Source of the DNA: Candidatus Latescibacterota bacterium
GTDB taxonomy: Bacteria > Latescibacterota > UBA2968 > UBA8231
DNA: 64,000 bases
Reading direction: 5' to 3'
NCBI GenBank assembly: GCA_965223905.1
Contig: CBDCXV010000010.1
Span: 384,001-448,000 of the forward strand
This document shows positions 10,231-21,220 of this stretch, one piece after another. How positions within the stretch are numbered: position 1 is the first letter of the stretch; every line of letters starts with the position of its first letter. The position numbers and the translations under genes are program-made. A model generated the notes under the pieces. That model saw only the letters and a program-made list of their open reading frames with translations, was not told where the DNA came from and searched no databases.

Positions 10231-11141
10231 ATGCCTGAGCTGGTTGGTTACAAGAACGGGGAATGGCCGCCGATGAACCAGATACTCCCCGACCCGAACG
10301 ACCGCGGCACCCTGCTGGGTGACCAGGTGCTCGACGTCGAGCGGACCTTCGGCGGCACAAGGGGTTCCGGCTGGAAGAGCATGTCGAGCGGCTCTACAAG
10401 TCGCTCAAGTACGTGCGCATCGACCTCGAGCTTACCCCCGCGGACATGCTCTCCCTGACCGAGGAGGGGATCCGGCGCAATCTCGAGCGGGCCCCCGGCG
10501 CCGATTTCATCATAACGCAGCTGGTTACGCGGGGATCCGGCGGACAGCGGGCGTGGATGGCGGGGCCGCCGAACCTCTACATCAAGTACGCCCCGGTCGC
10601 CAACGAATGGGTCGCCCGCTACTTCCGGGAAGGCCTGCGCGCGGTGATCACCAAAACGCGCAGCTACGATCCCCTCGCCCTCGACCCCAAGATCAAGCAC
10701 CTCAGCCGCATGAACATGGCTCTGGCGGAAATCGAGGCCAACGACCTCGACCCCGGAGCGTGGCCGATCCTGACCGATGCCGCGGGCAACCTCACCGAGG
10801 GGTCGGGGTACAACGTCTTCATCGTCTCCGGGGGCGTCCTCCGCACCCCGGACGACCGCGCCATCCTCGCCGGGGTTTCCAGGCAGACGGTGCTCGACCT
10901 CGCGGCGCAGACCGGAATCCCCGCGGCGGAGGAAGACCTGCAGCCGTACGACATCCACACCGCGGACGAGGCCTTCTTCGCCAGCACCCCGTGGTCGATT
11001 CTGCCGGTCACCCACGTCGACAGGCAAGCGATCGCCGACGGCAGGCCGGGCAAGGTTACCGGCCGGCTCCTCGACGCCTGGACCGAATTGGTCGGAGTCG
11101 ACGTCGCCGCGGAGGCGGAGAAGCTCGCGGCCGGAGGCTGA
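10231..11141 (+). pseudogene. Class IV PLP aminotransferase (BCAT/DAAT/PabC-like), frameshift near 10360
   Basis: NGEW...DRGTLLGDQVLDVERTF, then in a shifted frame FRLEEHVERLYKS...KIKHLSR...LTEGSGYNVF...ILAGVSR...ADEAFFAST. Confidence 0.85.
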
Positions 11142-11319
11142 ACCAAGCGGTTTCCCCGACCCCGCCTGGACCCTTCCCGGGGGCCGGCTACTCGACTTCC
11201 CTGCGCGGGTTCGGCTGCAGGAGACGACATTCCAGCCATTATTGCCTGGTGTAGGGGTTCAGCATAAATCGGCGAGCTTATCCGAGCTTTTTTGTGACTA
11301 TTGATTGTTTGGGATGACC

Positions 11320-11572
11320 ATGCAACTGGTTTTCAGCGAACATGAAGAGATGATTATGAAACAAAGAAGCATCAAGTCCGAGTGGTGCCGCAGAGTGGTA
11401 GACAACCCGGTTTCCTCCGTTGCCCAGAAAAACCGTTTCCGTCAGTACTGGGGTTACATCCAGGAAGCCAATCAGTACATTCGAGTCGTCGTTAAGGGCC
11501 GATGGAAAAACCGTCCATACGACCTTCCTCGACCGCAATTTCAAGCGAAGGATGGAGCGCGGTGAGCATTGA
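11320..11572 (+). pseudogene. DUF4258-like putative toxin, +1 frameshift near 11497
   Basis: MQLVFSEH...R.IKSEW...YWGYI...IRVVVK. Removing one base gives ADGKTVHTTFLDRNFKRRMERGEH*, which overlaps the next start. Confidence 0.6.
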
Positions 11573-11837
11573 CGTAACAGTCGACGAAGAAACCGGAGCT
11601 GCCTACATCTACCTGCAGGGTCGCGATGCCAAGAGCGCCCGAACGGACGAGATTGAAGAGGGCTTCCTGATCGACTTCGACGACAACGGCCATATCATTG
11701 GATTCGAAATCCTGGAGATCGAGGGGGAGAACCGCCAGAAACAGGCGGTGGCGCGAGTCCTCGCCTATCTCACGGGACAACTCCGAACTCACGCTCTTGC
11801 CCTCGACGAGTTGCGTGAGTATGCCACGGCCGTTTAG
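11562..11837 (+). CDS. DUF2283 family protein (putative antitoxin)
   Basis: GTG start after ggag; DEETGAAYIYL...FLIDFDDNGHIIGFEIL. Confidence 0.8.
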   Translation: MSIDVTVDEETGAAYIYLQGRDAKSARTDEIEEGFLIDFDDNGHIIGFEILEIEGENRQKQAVARVLAYLTGQLRTHALALDELREYATAV

Positions 11838-12029
11838 GCAGAGCTATTCCTGGAACGGCTAGCGCCCGCGAGATACCCTACCCATCAATCCTTGGGCCGC
11901 CGGTTTCCACCGTGGTGGCCAGGAAACATCCAAATCGCAGTCGCCTTTCCTGGCGATTTCCCTCGGGGTCAACACACCCTCCTGTAAGGACGAGCGCTTC
12001 TTTCCGCCCGGACTCCGCCTTCCCGCCGG

Positions 12030-12995
12030 TTACCCGGCCTCCCGCCGCGGGTCCGGCTGCAGGGGCGGCTTTTCCCGCGCCGCCGAGTAGTCCCGCTCGT
12101 CGACAGGCGGGTGCCCCATCGGACCGTAGGCGTCGAATTCCTCGCACTGAACCTCCCCGGGCACGAAGGTGACCTCGATGCCGTCGCCGCCGACGTCGCA
12201 GCGGTGGAACCCCTGGCGCACCTCGGCCTCCTCCCAGCGCTCCTCGAGCTGAGGGGTGTTCCCCCCGGCCGAGGTCCGGTAGAGGCGCATCCCCGCGGCC
12301 TCCTGCATCGGCCGCCCGGTGTGGACGTGGCCGCAGAACAGGATCTCGACCCCGGCGGCCTCCAGCAGATCCAATAGCCGCCGCCGGTGCGGCGGATCGA
12401 TCGAGAAGTACCAGTTGTCATACTCCTCTTTACAGGTGATGTCCCAGGCGGGCTCGTCCGGCTGTTCCATGAAGGGCCAGTAGTGCATCACGGCGACGTG
12501 GTGCCGTCCCCGCGGCAGCCCCGGGAGCTTCTCCAGCAGGCGCCACATCCGCTCCTCGTGGCTGAACCCGGTCCCGGCGACCGCGGCGAACAGGCCGGTG
12601 AAGCGGACCTCGCGGTGCATGAAGCTCCAGCTCACGGGACCGAAGTAGCGTGAGAACAGGTCGACCCGGGCAGAGGTCATGTTGAGCTCGCGGTCGTCCC
12701 GGTAGCGCGGGCCGCTGCGCTCGGTGTGCTTGTTGCCGACGTCCATGTTCCCCGGGATGATCCAGGTCGGAAAGGGCAGGCGGTCGAGGTCGTCGCGTGC
12801 CTGGACGTACTCGAACTCGTGGGTCTCGCCGTCCCTCGTCAGGTCGCCGCCGTGCAGGAGGAAGTCGGCGTCGATCGCCGACATCTGGCGGGTGATCGCC
12901 TCCCATCGGCGGTTGATCGCCGGCCGGAAGCGGTACGACCGCGGCGTGCCGAGGTGGCTGTCGTTGGCGTGCAGGAAGGTCCAGGTGTCCGTCAT
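12030..12995 (-). CDS. Calcineurin-like metallophosphoesterase
   Basis: DSH, GGDL, PGNMD and GHVH motifs. Confidence 0.85.
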   Translation of the reverse strand: MTDTWTFLHANDSHLGTPRSYRFRPAINRRWEAITRQMSAIDADFLLHGGDLTRDGETHEFEYVQARDDLDRLPFPTWIIPGNMDVGNKHTERSGPRYRDDRELNMTSARVDLFSRYFGPVSWSFMHREVRFTGLFAAVAGTGFSHEERMWRLLEKLPGLPRGRHHVAVMHYWPFMEQPDEPAWDITCKEEYDNWYFSIDPPHRRRLLDLLEAAGVEILFCGHVHTGRPMQEAAGMRLYRTSAGGNTPQLEERWEEAEVRQGFHRCDVGGDGIEVTFVPGEVQCEEFDAYGPMGHPPVDERDYSAAREKPPLQPDPRREAG

Positions 12996-13164
12996 CGGCT
13001 GTTCCTTTCCATCACTTTCCCATCAATCTTCTTGCTCTTGCAATCCCGCCGCACCCCGGCTCGCGGTCCAGTTCTGACAATCTCCCGTGTCATGGCCCGG
13101 GTCATTGGCCTTGCAGGCGAGTCCGGGAATTGCCGAAGCCTGCCCTGGCTGTTGCCGGACAGGC

Positions 13165-13989
13165 TCAGGACCAGACGTAGATCTCGTCGTCCTCCGGGGA
13201 CATCGCGAAGAAGCTGGCCAGGACGATGCGGGGCCGGTCCCCTTTCGGCGGCGGCACCTCGTGGATGGTTTCCGAGCAGAAGACGTAAAAGTCCCCCGGC
13301 TGCAGATCGATCCGAACCCGCTCGATCCCCTTCCCGGCGGCGTACTCCCGGAACCGGGGCAGCTCTTCGGTCAACTCCTCCGACCACTGGCGCCGGTAGA
13401 GGAAGGCGTGGCCGCCCTCCTCGTCCTCGAGGGCGTTCTGGAAGCACAGCACCGCGGCGAACTGCTTCTCGAACCGCGACACCTGCAGGTCGAACAGCTT
13501 CGACCTTTTGCGGGCCGAGTCGAAGTGCGGGGTGTGCCCCACCCCCTCGTAGTAGGTGCGGAAGATCGCCGGGCCGTACTGGCGGCCGTCCGGCTCGCGG
13601 GCGACCATGGCCCGCTTACCGGGAGCGAGCGCCGACAGGGTGTCGTAGATGAGGGCGACCGGGTCGCCGTACCCCTCGAACAGGGTCTCGAACAGGTCGC
13701 GGGTCTGCCGCGCGTGCGCGAAGAACCCCTCGGGGTCGCCGCGGTGGCGCCCGAGGCTGGTGCCGATGTCGACGCGGGAGGCCGGCTCCCCGGCGACCCG
13801 AGGGTCGTAGAGAAGGCCGCGCTCGTAGAAGCGCTCGACGAGGGCGGCGCAGTGGGCCGGATCGTAGGCCCGGCGCATCACCAGGGCCGGGACCTCCCCG
13901 CGCCCCAGCAGCTCCAGCGGGCGTTCATGAGCTTGGAGAATCTCTCCGGGGCCGGCTTCCACCGGCGCCCAATGTGAGGTATCCGGCAT
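13165..13989 (-). CDS. 2OG-Fe(II) oxygenase-like protein
   Basis: HFD...LQPGDFYVF...IHEV...PR pattern, consistent with a facial triad. Confidence 0.65.
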   Translation of the reverse strand: MPDTSHWAPVEAGPGEILQAHERPLELLGRGEVPALVMRRAYDPAHCAALVERFYERGLLYDPRVAGEPASRVDIGTSLGRHRGDPEGFFAHARQTRDLFETLFEGYGDPVALIYDTLSALAPGKRAMVAREPDGRQYGPAIFRTYYEGVGHTPHFDSARKRSKLFDLQVSRFEKQFAAVLCFQNALEDEEGGHAFLYRRQWSEELTEELPRFREYAAGKGIERVRIDLQPGDFYVFCSETIHEVPPPKGDRPRIVLASFFAMSPEDDEIYVWS

Positions 13990-13994
13990 CTGTC

Positions 13995-14807
13995 TCAGTG
14001 GTGGTCGACGCGGTCGGCGATCGGGAGGCGGCGGAACTCCCGGATGATTTCCGACAGCTGCGCCGCGGCCTCCTCAAACACGCGCTCCCCCTTTTCCCTC
14101 GTTGCCAGAGTCGCGTCTCCGATCACCCCGGTATCCGAGACCCGCGACCAGTGGTCCATCATCTTGAGCGGCGAGGCCCCCTTCCCCTTCAGCGACCCGC
14201 GCCAGTAGTAGCGCCCTACCGGCATCTTCTCGTCGCGGGCGGCCTTGTCCATCTGCACCGCCTCTTCGTTGAGATGCAGGTACACCGAGGTTTCGATCTC
14301 GTCGGCGTGCGACAGCACCTCGGACTCCTGCACCTTCTCGACTTCGGCCGAGCCCCCCATCAGCAGCCCGCAGTGCGCTTCGGTCTCGATCACGGTGCGC
14401 CGCGCCGCCAGCTCGAGGATCGGGCTGTTGGAGCCGTGGCCGTTGACGATCAGGATCTTGCGGAAGCCGTGGTGGGCGACGCTGCGGGTGATGTCGAGGA
14501 CGAAATGCAGCAGGTGCTCGTCCTTGACGGTGATGGTGCCGGGGAAATCCATGTGGTGGTCCTCGAAGCCGTAGGGCAGGGCCGGCAGCAGCAGCACTTC
14601 GTCGGGGATGCGTTTGGCCGCGGCCTCGCAGACCTCGCTGACGACGAAGGTGTCGACGTCGAGCGGCAGGTGATGCCCGTGGTCCTCGGTCGAGCCGACC
14701 GGCAGCAGCACCGCCGGCTGCCGCGGCACGAGGTCGCGCAGCTCCGGCCAGGTGTAGTGGTCGTACCGGTACGGGATGTGGCCGGTGTTGTATTCTTTCA
14801 GCTGCAA
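13995..14807 (-). CDS. Creatininase family amidohydrolase
   Basis: PVGSTEDHGHHLPLDVD, HHMDFPGT, NGHGSN, HADEIETS. TTG start with no obvious RBS. Confidence 0.9.
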   Translation of the reverse strand: MQLKEYNTGHIPYRYDHYTWPELRDLVPRQPAVLLPVGSTEDHGHHLPLDVDTFVVSEVCEAAAKRIPDEVLLLPALPYGFEDHHMDFPGTITVKDEHLLHFVLDITRSVAHHGFRKILIVNGHGSNSPILELAARRTVIETEAHCGLLMGGSAEVEKVQESEVLSHADEIETSVYLHLNEEAVQMDKAARDEKMPVGRYYWRGSLKGKGASPLKMMDHWSRVSDTGVIGDATLATREKGERVFEEAAAQLSEIIREFRRLPIADRVDHH

Positions 14808-14833
14808 CGGAGCGTTTCAAAATTTCTCACTGA

Positions 14834-15284
14834 CTATACCCAGCGGGCGGATGGATCAGGAGGGCGAATCGGCAAAGGAGGGGGTGTCTGATCCGGACAG
14901 TCGGCTGGAAGGGTGTAGTCTCCCAGTTCGGGTTCGAGGTAGGTAAGGCCATATGCAACAGCCATTCGGGAGAATGGCCCTCTACCATCGAGGGAGTCGT
15001 AGTCATCGGGTTCCGGTAATGCTGCCACCGGGTAGCGTACGTACTGCTGAGTAAGCTGTCTCCACCAAGGTCTCGCGAAGGCCTCCTGTGCCCCAACAAC
15101 CTCGGCTCCACCACCAGTGAGAAATACCTCCACTCGATGCCAAGGACCTTCCTTATGCAGATGTTTGTATGCCTCCGTCCAGACGGGTCGAGCTTCCTTG
15201 TGAATCATTGACAGAATCTTCTTTACACCATCTACCAAGTCCAGCTGCGTCCCCCGCCGCAGCCCGTTGATCTTCTCACTGATC
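14834..15284 (-). pseudogene. Hsp70/actin-fold ATPase, C-terminal part (after the IS)
   Basis: ISEKINGLRRGTQLDLVDG...VFLTGGGA...MAVAYGL: adenosine and connect-2 motifs, in frame with the upstream part once the IS is removed. Confidence 0.8.
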
Positions 15285-16859
15285 GGGTGTCTTAGCTGAT
15301 TGTTACGGTTTCGGTGGTTGTTTTTAGGTTTTCTCGGTACTGCTGAAAGACCCGGTCAAGCGTTCCATTGTACAAGGCGCAGCGCAGGGCCAGAATGGCG
15401 TTGCTGTTTTCCTTATACCACCAAGCGCCCGACCGTTTCAGACGAACGTGGCCGATGAAGCGATGCGCCGATTCGATCGCCCCCGACCCGATCGGGTATC
15501 CGCCCTTGCGATGGCTGCCGAAATCGACCTGGTGCAGTCGCTTTTGCAGGTAGGTCAAGGCCGTGCCGATGGCCTCTCCGGCCTCTTCCGAGAGCGGCTG
15601 CATGCGCTGCAGACCCCAGACCACGCCGCTGCCCTCGCCGCAGAACAGGCGCGCCAGGGTCGCTTCCAGCCAATGGGCAGCACGCGCCGCATCGGCGCCG
15701 TATTGGGCCTCGGCCACCGCGTGCAGGTAGCTGCTGCAATGGTAGTAGTCGAGGATCTGACGGGCGCTCGGGAACAGCTCTTCCACCCACTTCCAGATCC
15801 ACGGAGCGCCATCTCCGATGGCACACAAGCGCACCTGATCCTCCGGGATCAGCCCCGCCTCCTTGACCTGGCGCAAGGCCGCGCCGAAGGCCTGTTCGTT
15901 GCCCATCTGGTGCCAGGAGATCAGCTGCTCGATGCGCTCATCGTCTATCAGGTAGAAGCGAAAGCCCTTGGCTTCGTGGTATTCCCCCTGCCAACGCCTT
16001 CGCCGAGCCCGGCTCTTCTTGCGTCCGGGACGGGTGCCTTTGGCGGTCTGGGGACGACTGGGCACGTCGGCCGCGTCGATGGCCAACACCACGATCGGCC
16101 GCCACTTGCGACCGGCGGCGGCTTGCGCAATGCGATCCTGGATATCGGCCGCGTCCGGACACACCTGCAGCACGTCCAACGACCCGGTCTGTTGCAGCAC
16201 CTCGTGAATCACACAATCGCTCATCGACGCGTCGGTGAGCTCGTCCAACAGTTCGGCGGCGCGCCGGTGGGGCATCTCCAGCCCCAGCTTGACCCCGGCC
16301 TGCTGCACGTCCCACTGCTTGCGCTGCGCCGACAGGCCCAGGGCCTCGTCCAGCGGATAGAACCCGTGGTGACAGCCAACGCAGTAGAAATAGGGACGCT
16401 CCAAGGTCACCGGCCCGAGCAGCGTCTCCACCGTGCGCGAGCGAGACGGGCGCGCTCGCAGCAGGCCTTTGCACTTGGGGCAGGCCGCCTCTTCCTGGGC
16501 CAGGAAATGGCCGTGGCGGCGTTCGACGAAGGCTTCCACCAAGGCCGCGGTGAGCCCGGAGCGCTCTTGAGACATCGCCGCGGTGATCTCCATCAACGTC
16601 GGCGCACAAGATCCGCGCTCGCTCATTTGCGTCTCCACCCGATCCAGCCATTGGTCCAAGGCTTCATGCGCCCGGCTTCGAAAGCGGTCCTGACTCTGCC
16701 GCTCCTGAAAAACTTCCAGAGAGAGAATCGCACTCATCGCTCCCCTTCTTTCTGAAATCAGGGGAGCGCGCCGCAGGGGATGCGGAAAAAGAAAGCAACT
16801 TACTGTAAAATATACACATACGCACCTGAATTGCGCTATAACAATTACTTAAGACGCCC
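15285..16859 (-). mobile_element. ISKra4-family (prokaryotic Mutator-like) insertion sequence, 1575 bp
   Basis: Terminal inverted repeats GGGTGTCTTAGCTGATTGTTA / GGGCGTCTTAAGTAATTGTTA; 8-bp target duplication CACTGATC at 15277-15284 and 16860-16867. Confidence 0.9.
15292..16737 (-). CDS. ISKra4/UPF0236-type DDE transposase
   Basis: CPKC, LERPYFYCVGC..GFYPLDEALGL, GDGAPWIW, ILDYYH, PIGSGAIES, RLKRSGAWW. Confidence 0.9.
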   Translation of the reverse strand: MSAILSLEVFQERQSQDRFRSRAHEALDQWLDRVETQMSERGSCAPTLMEITAAMSQERSGLTAALVEAFVERRHGHFLAQEEAACPKCKGLLRARPSRSRTVETLLGPVTLERPYFYCVGCHHGFYPLDEALGLSAQRKQWDVQQAGVKLGLEMPHRRAAELLDELTDASMSDCVIHEVLQQTGSLDVLQVCPDAADIQDRIAQAAAGRKWRPIVVLAIDAADVPSRPQTAKGTRPGRKKSRARRRRWQGEYHEAKGFRFYLIDDERIEQLISWHQMGNEQAFGAALRQVKEAGLIPEDQVRLCAIGDGAPWIWKWVEELFPSARQILDYYHCSSYLHAVAEAQYGADAARAAHWLEATLARLFCGEGSGVVWGLQRMQPLSEEAGEAIGTALTYLQKRLHQVDFGSHRKGGYPIGSGAIESAHRFIGHVRLKRSGAWWYKENSNAILALRCALYNGTLDRVFQQYRENLKTTTETVTIS

Positions 16860-17997
16860 CACTGATCTGCCCGGCCGTAAGGCCGCCTGCTCCATTCATT
16901 CCAACAAGCCGCTCGATGGCCAGCCCACCGATCGGCAGATTTCCGGACGAATACCAGTAACAGTGCTCTCCGGTTGGTTCATCAGCAAGATTAAAGAAGG
17001 AAACATCGGTCGTGCCCGCACCGATATCGATGAGGGCATGAAGTCCGGGCCTACGTCGAAGCGACGAAACATAGGAGGCGGCTTCCGCCACGGACTCGGG
17101 TATCACAAAGACTCTTTCAGGTTCAGGCTCCAAGGAGGGTGCTTCCTCCAAGGGGGGTGCTTCATAGGAACTGTAATTTCCAGCCAACCACTCCGTTCTT
17201 GACCCGTATGGCCAGTCCCTTTCTACTGCCTCGGCCTTTGCCAGGATCTGTCTGAAGGCGTTCAGCACAGGATTGGATTCTACGTGCTGCATGGGAAGAC
17301 AGACGTTGTACAGGAACTCCAGCCTGCTGTTCACATATTCTGGCAGCTCGCTGATGCGTCGCCGAGCTTCTCGCATCGCATATGCGAGATAAACGAAGGA
17401 AACTGTCCCTGGCGTCAGGACTCCCCCATTGATGGGATGCATCCGGGCATAGCGTTCGAATCCATCACTCAATTCCCCGGTTTCAAGGCCCGAATCACGC
17501 GATGCAACAAGCACCTTGAAGGCTCGCAGGGCCTCATCCCATGACCGGTCCCTCATCTGGCTGGCTGCTTCCTCTCCAACCAGCATTCTGCCATCGCCGT
17601 CGACCATCGCCAAGGTTGGCAGACCAAATGCGGGAACCCCTGGAAGACAATGATCGAAGATCAAAGGCTTTACTTCCCCTCGAGGACTCACTTGCCGGTA
17701 GGCGATCTTCGTGGTGCTCGTGCCGAAATCGATCCCGACCTGGATGATCGCGGCTCGTCTGGGCACTTCCTTTCTTGCCCTCGCTTGCGGAGATTGCGAC
17801 CTCTTCGCCCCAGGGCTCCCTGCCGATGGGGAGTCCTGGCCGATGCCTGAAGGTGACGTGGAACCCCCTTGGTTCCGGAGACATGAACGTTCTTCGTTTT
17901 CCTGGGCAGGTTCCTTCCGACCCTTGCCTTTCCCTTGTCTCTCGCGCCGGACGTTACCGGCTATGGACTTCCAAAATGCCCGCAGCAATTTCATCAT
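16860..17997 (-). pseudogene. Hsp70/actin-fold ATPase, N-terminal part (interrupted by the IS)
   Basis: VGIDFGTSTTK (phosphate 1), VIPESVAEA (connect 1), IDIGAGTTD (phosphate 2). Start overlaps the helicase 3' end. Confidence 0.8.
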
Positions 17998-20900
17998 AGG
18001 TGACTCCTACCCGGCGTTGCTGCTCCAGTGAATCGGCGTCCGCACCAAGCTTGCGCTCGATGTTATCGATGCTTCCGCGAAGCATCCTGAGATACCGCTC
18101 CTCTCGCCCCAATACCTCTCCTTTTTTTAGGAGTGCCTGCTGTCCTGCCAACTTCCTGCCCGCAAAGGCCCGTACGCTGGCAAGACGTCGATCGATAAAC
18201 GCGTCATTCGTTCGCTCTGCTTCCAATCTAAGCCCTTTGATTCTCCCCAGGAGCAGTTGCTCGGCTTCATTGAAGGCATGCATTGCGCGATCCTCATCCA
18301 CTGGCATGTGCCCTCCTTTGGGCTCCTGGCCGTTTTCGACTATCTCCCCAAGAATTGCCTCGGAATTTTCCGCAGAACATGCTTCCTTCAAGTCTTCGTT
18401 CAGCACAACTATCTCAAGAACGCTGCTCTGCCGGAGCGCCTCAATTCTCAGCTTGAAAATGAAAAAATAGTAAGTACCTGGATCGAGCAGACCCACTTCC
18501 CGTAGACTCACGCGCGTGGCTGGGGCGATCCGGGCTTCTTCGTAATGGCGCGCAATGGCCCGCACGAGGGGGTGTACGACGTTGATGAATTCGATCCTCG
18601 GCTTGCGGAAGGCAAGGTCAGAATCGAAGGTCACTGAGATGCCAGTTCTTTCGGACCTAGCCAGGAGCTGTGTATCCCTGACGCTGACGTTCTCGCGGAC
18701 AAGGAACTGTCTGAGCTGATCGCAGACATGGATAACACCATCACCTTCGGAACCGGTCAGGAATCTAGTCCGAGGGCAGTGTGAACGGAGAAAGTCACAG
18801 ACAAATCTCTCAAGTTGAACGGAGGTCACATAACGACGCCGATCACGAATCCGTGCCACTTCTGCTTCAAAGTACTCGTCGACGCCCACCAGCTGGGCGG
18901 CTTTCTCCTCTAGCCTCTGCAGCTCTTGCAGCCGCTCTTCGAGAACAAGGACAGCGTGGTCTACACGTTGTTCGATCTCCTCCGGGGTCAGACTCGTGCT
19001 CAGGAGCTCCCTTTCGAGATTGTGTACGATGTCCCCTAGAATATCCTCTAAATCCCCGATGGAACGCTCGAAAATCCCTATGCGGTTGTACAGCCGGTCC
19101 AGGATCTTCTTCTCGATCGTCCCTTCCACGGAGAAGTTGTAGATCCGAATAACCTCGGATTCCTGCCCAATACGATCCAGCCGGCCGATTCGCTGTTCAA
19201 CCTCCATAGGATTCCAGGGGAGGTCGTAGTTGAACATTGTGTTGCAGAACTGAAAGTCGAGACCTTCACCGCCGATGCGGGAGGAGAGAAGGATGGGGAT
19301 CTCTCGATCGTCCCGGAAACTGTCGATAACCCCTGTGCGTTCCTTCACGTGGACGTCACCGCTTAGGACGAGATTGGGGAATCCATCCGCGGAAAGTTTT
19401 TTACTCAGATAGTTCAGCGTTCCCTTGTAGAAAGCGAAAATCAGGCACTTGCACCCATTCTCCTCCTCCTGGATGCCACGAAGGGCTTGCGAGAGATGGG
19501 CGTATTTTGTGTCGATCCCATCGTCCCTCCACTCCCGCAATACATCTCGAAGCCGATGGGTAACTGATCCAAAGACAGGCGGGGATTCTCCGTCCCCATT
19601 ACTCGACGTAACCGTCTCATCCTCTGAAAGGTCTTCGATGCTAAGGTCACTGCATTCACGATAGTGCTCAACCATAGCCGGAATACAGGAAGCCATGCGT
19701 CTCTGGGGAGTCTGAAGGATCCAGCTCTGAACGACCGGATCGCCCGTTCTCTTGATGCTATTCTCTCGGACAAACTCGGTCACCGTGTCGTAAAATACCC
19801 GCTCCTGTTCGCTGAGCTGGACTTGCAAGACAAAGGCATGGCGTTCGACAACGTGCTCGTGGACTTCTCTCTTCCGTGTCCTCGAGAAGATATGACCGAT
19901 CAGGTTGAGGTCTGCAAGATCCCCCTGAAGTCCAAGTTGCAGGCGTCTGCTATCATTTTCCCTCGGTTCCAGTTTCTCAAGCTTCTTCAGCTTAAGCATC
20001 GCCTCCATCATGGCGGGATTCTGGGCAATCTCTGTGCTCTTGGCGGCCCTATGCAAAAACTCTGTGGCTTGTTTCACGTTCGGTGGAACACCTGCAATAC
20101 ATGCCTGAGCCTGAACGATTGGCGCATTCTGCTCAAATCGCGCCTGTGACGTTCGAAGTTCGGGGAAGCTTTCCTCATCAAGGATATTGAGAAGGCTGAA
20201 AAGGTTTTCGTTTCCCAAGTGAACTGGGGTTGCGGTCAACATTATCATGGCGCTGGATCCACTTCCAAGAAGTTCGCCTGCTCTCCGGTTCCGGGTTCCG
20301 AAGTTTCGCATGTGATGTGCTTCGTCAACAATTACCAAGTCGAAAGTCGGCGCTTGGGCTTCCAGCACTTCGATGATCTTGCGAGTACGAAGGCTTTCGA
20401 TGGAAATGATTCCTGAGAGCTCCGACCGGTCGGGAGCCTCTTGGTACATACGCAAAAACGCCCCAAATCTTTCGGCGTCTAGTATCTCAAATCGTTCCCC
20501 AAAGCGGGTAAGCATCTCGGTTAACCACTTCTCTCTGAGATTGGAGGGGCAAACGACCAGCACTCTCTGCAGAGACTCTCGTGCCCGCAATTCGGTCAGA
20601 ATCAGCCCCGCCTCAATCGTCTTCCCGAGACCCACTTCATCGGCAATCAGAAGTCTGTGATTCGCTGAAGCCAGGAATTTCAAGAGCGGCTTGAACTGGT
20701 ACGGATAGAAGCGTGTTCTAGACGCATTGATTGCGTGGATGTTGTTTGTGAGTGGTCTGTCCCGGTTGAGTCTCTCATAGGTTATCGCACGCTGGAATTC
20801 CCTGTAACCTCCGAGTTCTCCAGACGCCAGGACTTCATGTGGAGCTCTGTCTTCGAAGTACGATTGCAGATCATGTTCGGCAACCAGGGACTTATTTCCA

Positions 20901-21220
20901 TCGTTCCAACTCACCCTGTAAAACTGAATCAAGCCACCATGATTCGGTCCGATTTCCAGGACCACCCCAATTATGCCGGTGTCTGCAATGAATTGTACTT
21001 GATCACCGGGTTTGAACTTTGGCCCCTTCGGGATTTTCTGTTTGCCACGGATACGTCGATAACGCTCGACAATATGGGGGACTACCTCACTTGCCGGGCG
21101 CATACGCGCAATTTCTTCGCCGGTAAGTTCCCGTGTGTCCGGATCGGCGGCGATGGCAGCACGGATTTCGATGTCCTCCTCTTTTGTTGGGAGAACCATT
21201 CTATTTTTGTCTTTTGGCAT
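17954..21220 (-). CDS. SNF2/RapA-like helicase with fused N-terminal BrnA-antitoxin segment (1088 aa)
   Basis: LIADEVGLGKT, DEAH, LTATP, GGEGLD, YDLPWNPMEVEQRIGRLDRIGQ. Residues 1-65 (PTKEEDIEIRAAIAADPD..ELT.EEIARMRPASEV...RGKQKIPK) resemble a BrnA N-terminus. Confidence 0.85.
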   Translation of the reverse strand: MPKDKNRMVLPTKEEDIEIRAAIAADPDTRELTGEEIARMRPASEVVPHIVERYRRIRGKQKIPKGPKFKPGDQVQFIADTGIIGVVLEIGPNHGGLIQFYRVSWNDGNKSLVAEHDLQSYFEDRAPHEVLASGELGGYREFQRAITYERLNRDRPLTNNIHAINASRTRFYPYQFKPLLKFLASANHRLLIADEVGLGKTIEAGLILTELRARESLQRVLVVCPSNLREKWLTEMLTRFGERFEILDAERFGAFLRMYQEAPDRSELSGIISIESLRTRKIIEVLEAQAPTFDLVIVDEAHHMRNFGTRNRRAGELLGSGSSAMIMLTATPVHLGNENLFSLLNILDEESFPELRTSQARFEQNAPIVQAQACIAGVPPNVKQATEFLHRAAKSTEIAQNPAMMEAMLKLKKLEKLEPRENDSRRLQLGLQGDLADLNLIGHIFSRTRKREVHEHVVERHAFVLQVQLSEQERVFYDTVTEFVRENSIKRTGDPVVQSWILQTPQRRMASCIPAMVEHYRECSDLSIEDLSEDETVTSSNGDGESPPVFGSVTHRLRDVLREWRDDGIDTKYAHLSQALRGIQEEENGCKCLIFAFYKGTLNYLSKKLSADGFPNLVLSGDVHVKERTGVIDSFRDDREIPILLSSRIGGEGLDFQFCNTMFNYDLPWNPMEVEQRIGRLDRIGQESEVIRIYNFSVEGTIEKKILDRLYNRIGIFERSIGDLEDILGDIVHNLERELLSTSLTPEEIEQRVDHAVLVLEERLQELQRLEEKAAQLVGVDEYFEAEVARIRDRRRYVTSVQLERFVCDFLRSHCPRTRFLTGSEGDGVIHVCDQLRQFLVRENVSVRDTQLLARSERTGISVTFDSDLAFRKPRIEFINVVHPLVRAIARHYEEARIAPATRVSLREVGLLDPGTYYFFIFKLRIEALRQSSVLEIVVLNEDLKEACSAENSEAILGEIVENGQEPKGGHMPVDEDRAMHAFNEAEQLLLGRIKGLRLEAERTNDAFIDRRLASVRAFAGRKLAGQQALLKKGEVLGREERYLRMLRGSIDNIERKLGADADSLEQQRRVGVTYDEIAAGILEVHSR

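Noticed and set aside
11903-11920. gtttccaccRtggt shared with ~36017 near two TA modules, as a possible common cassette end
   Set aside because: Only about 14 bp, on different sides of the modules, with no attC-like structure.
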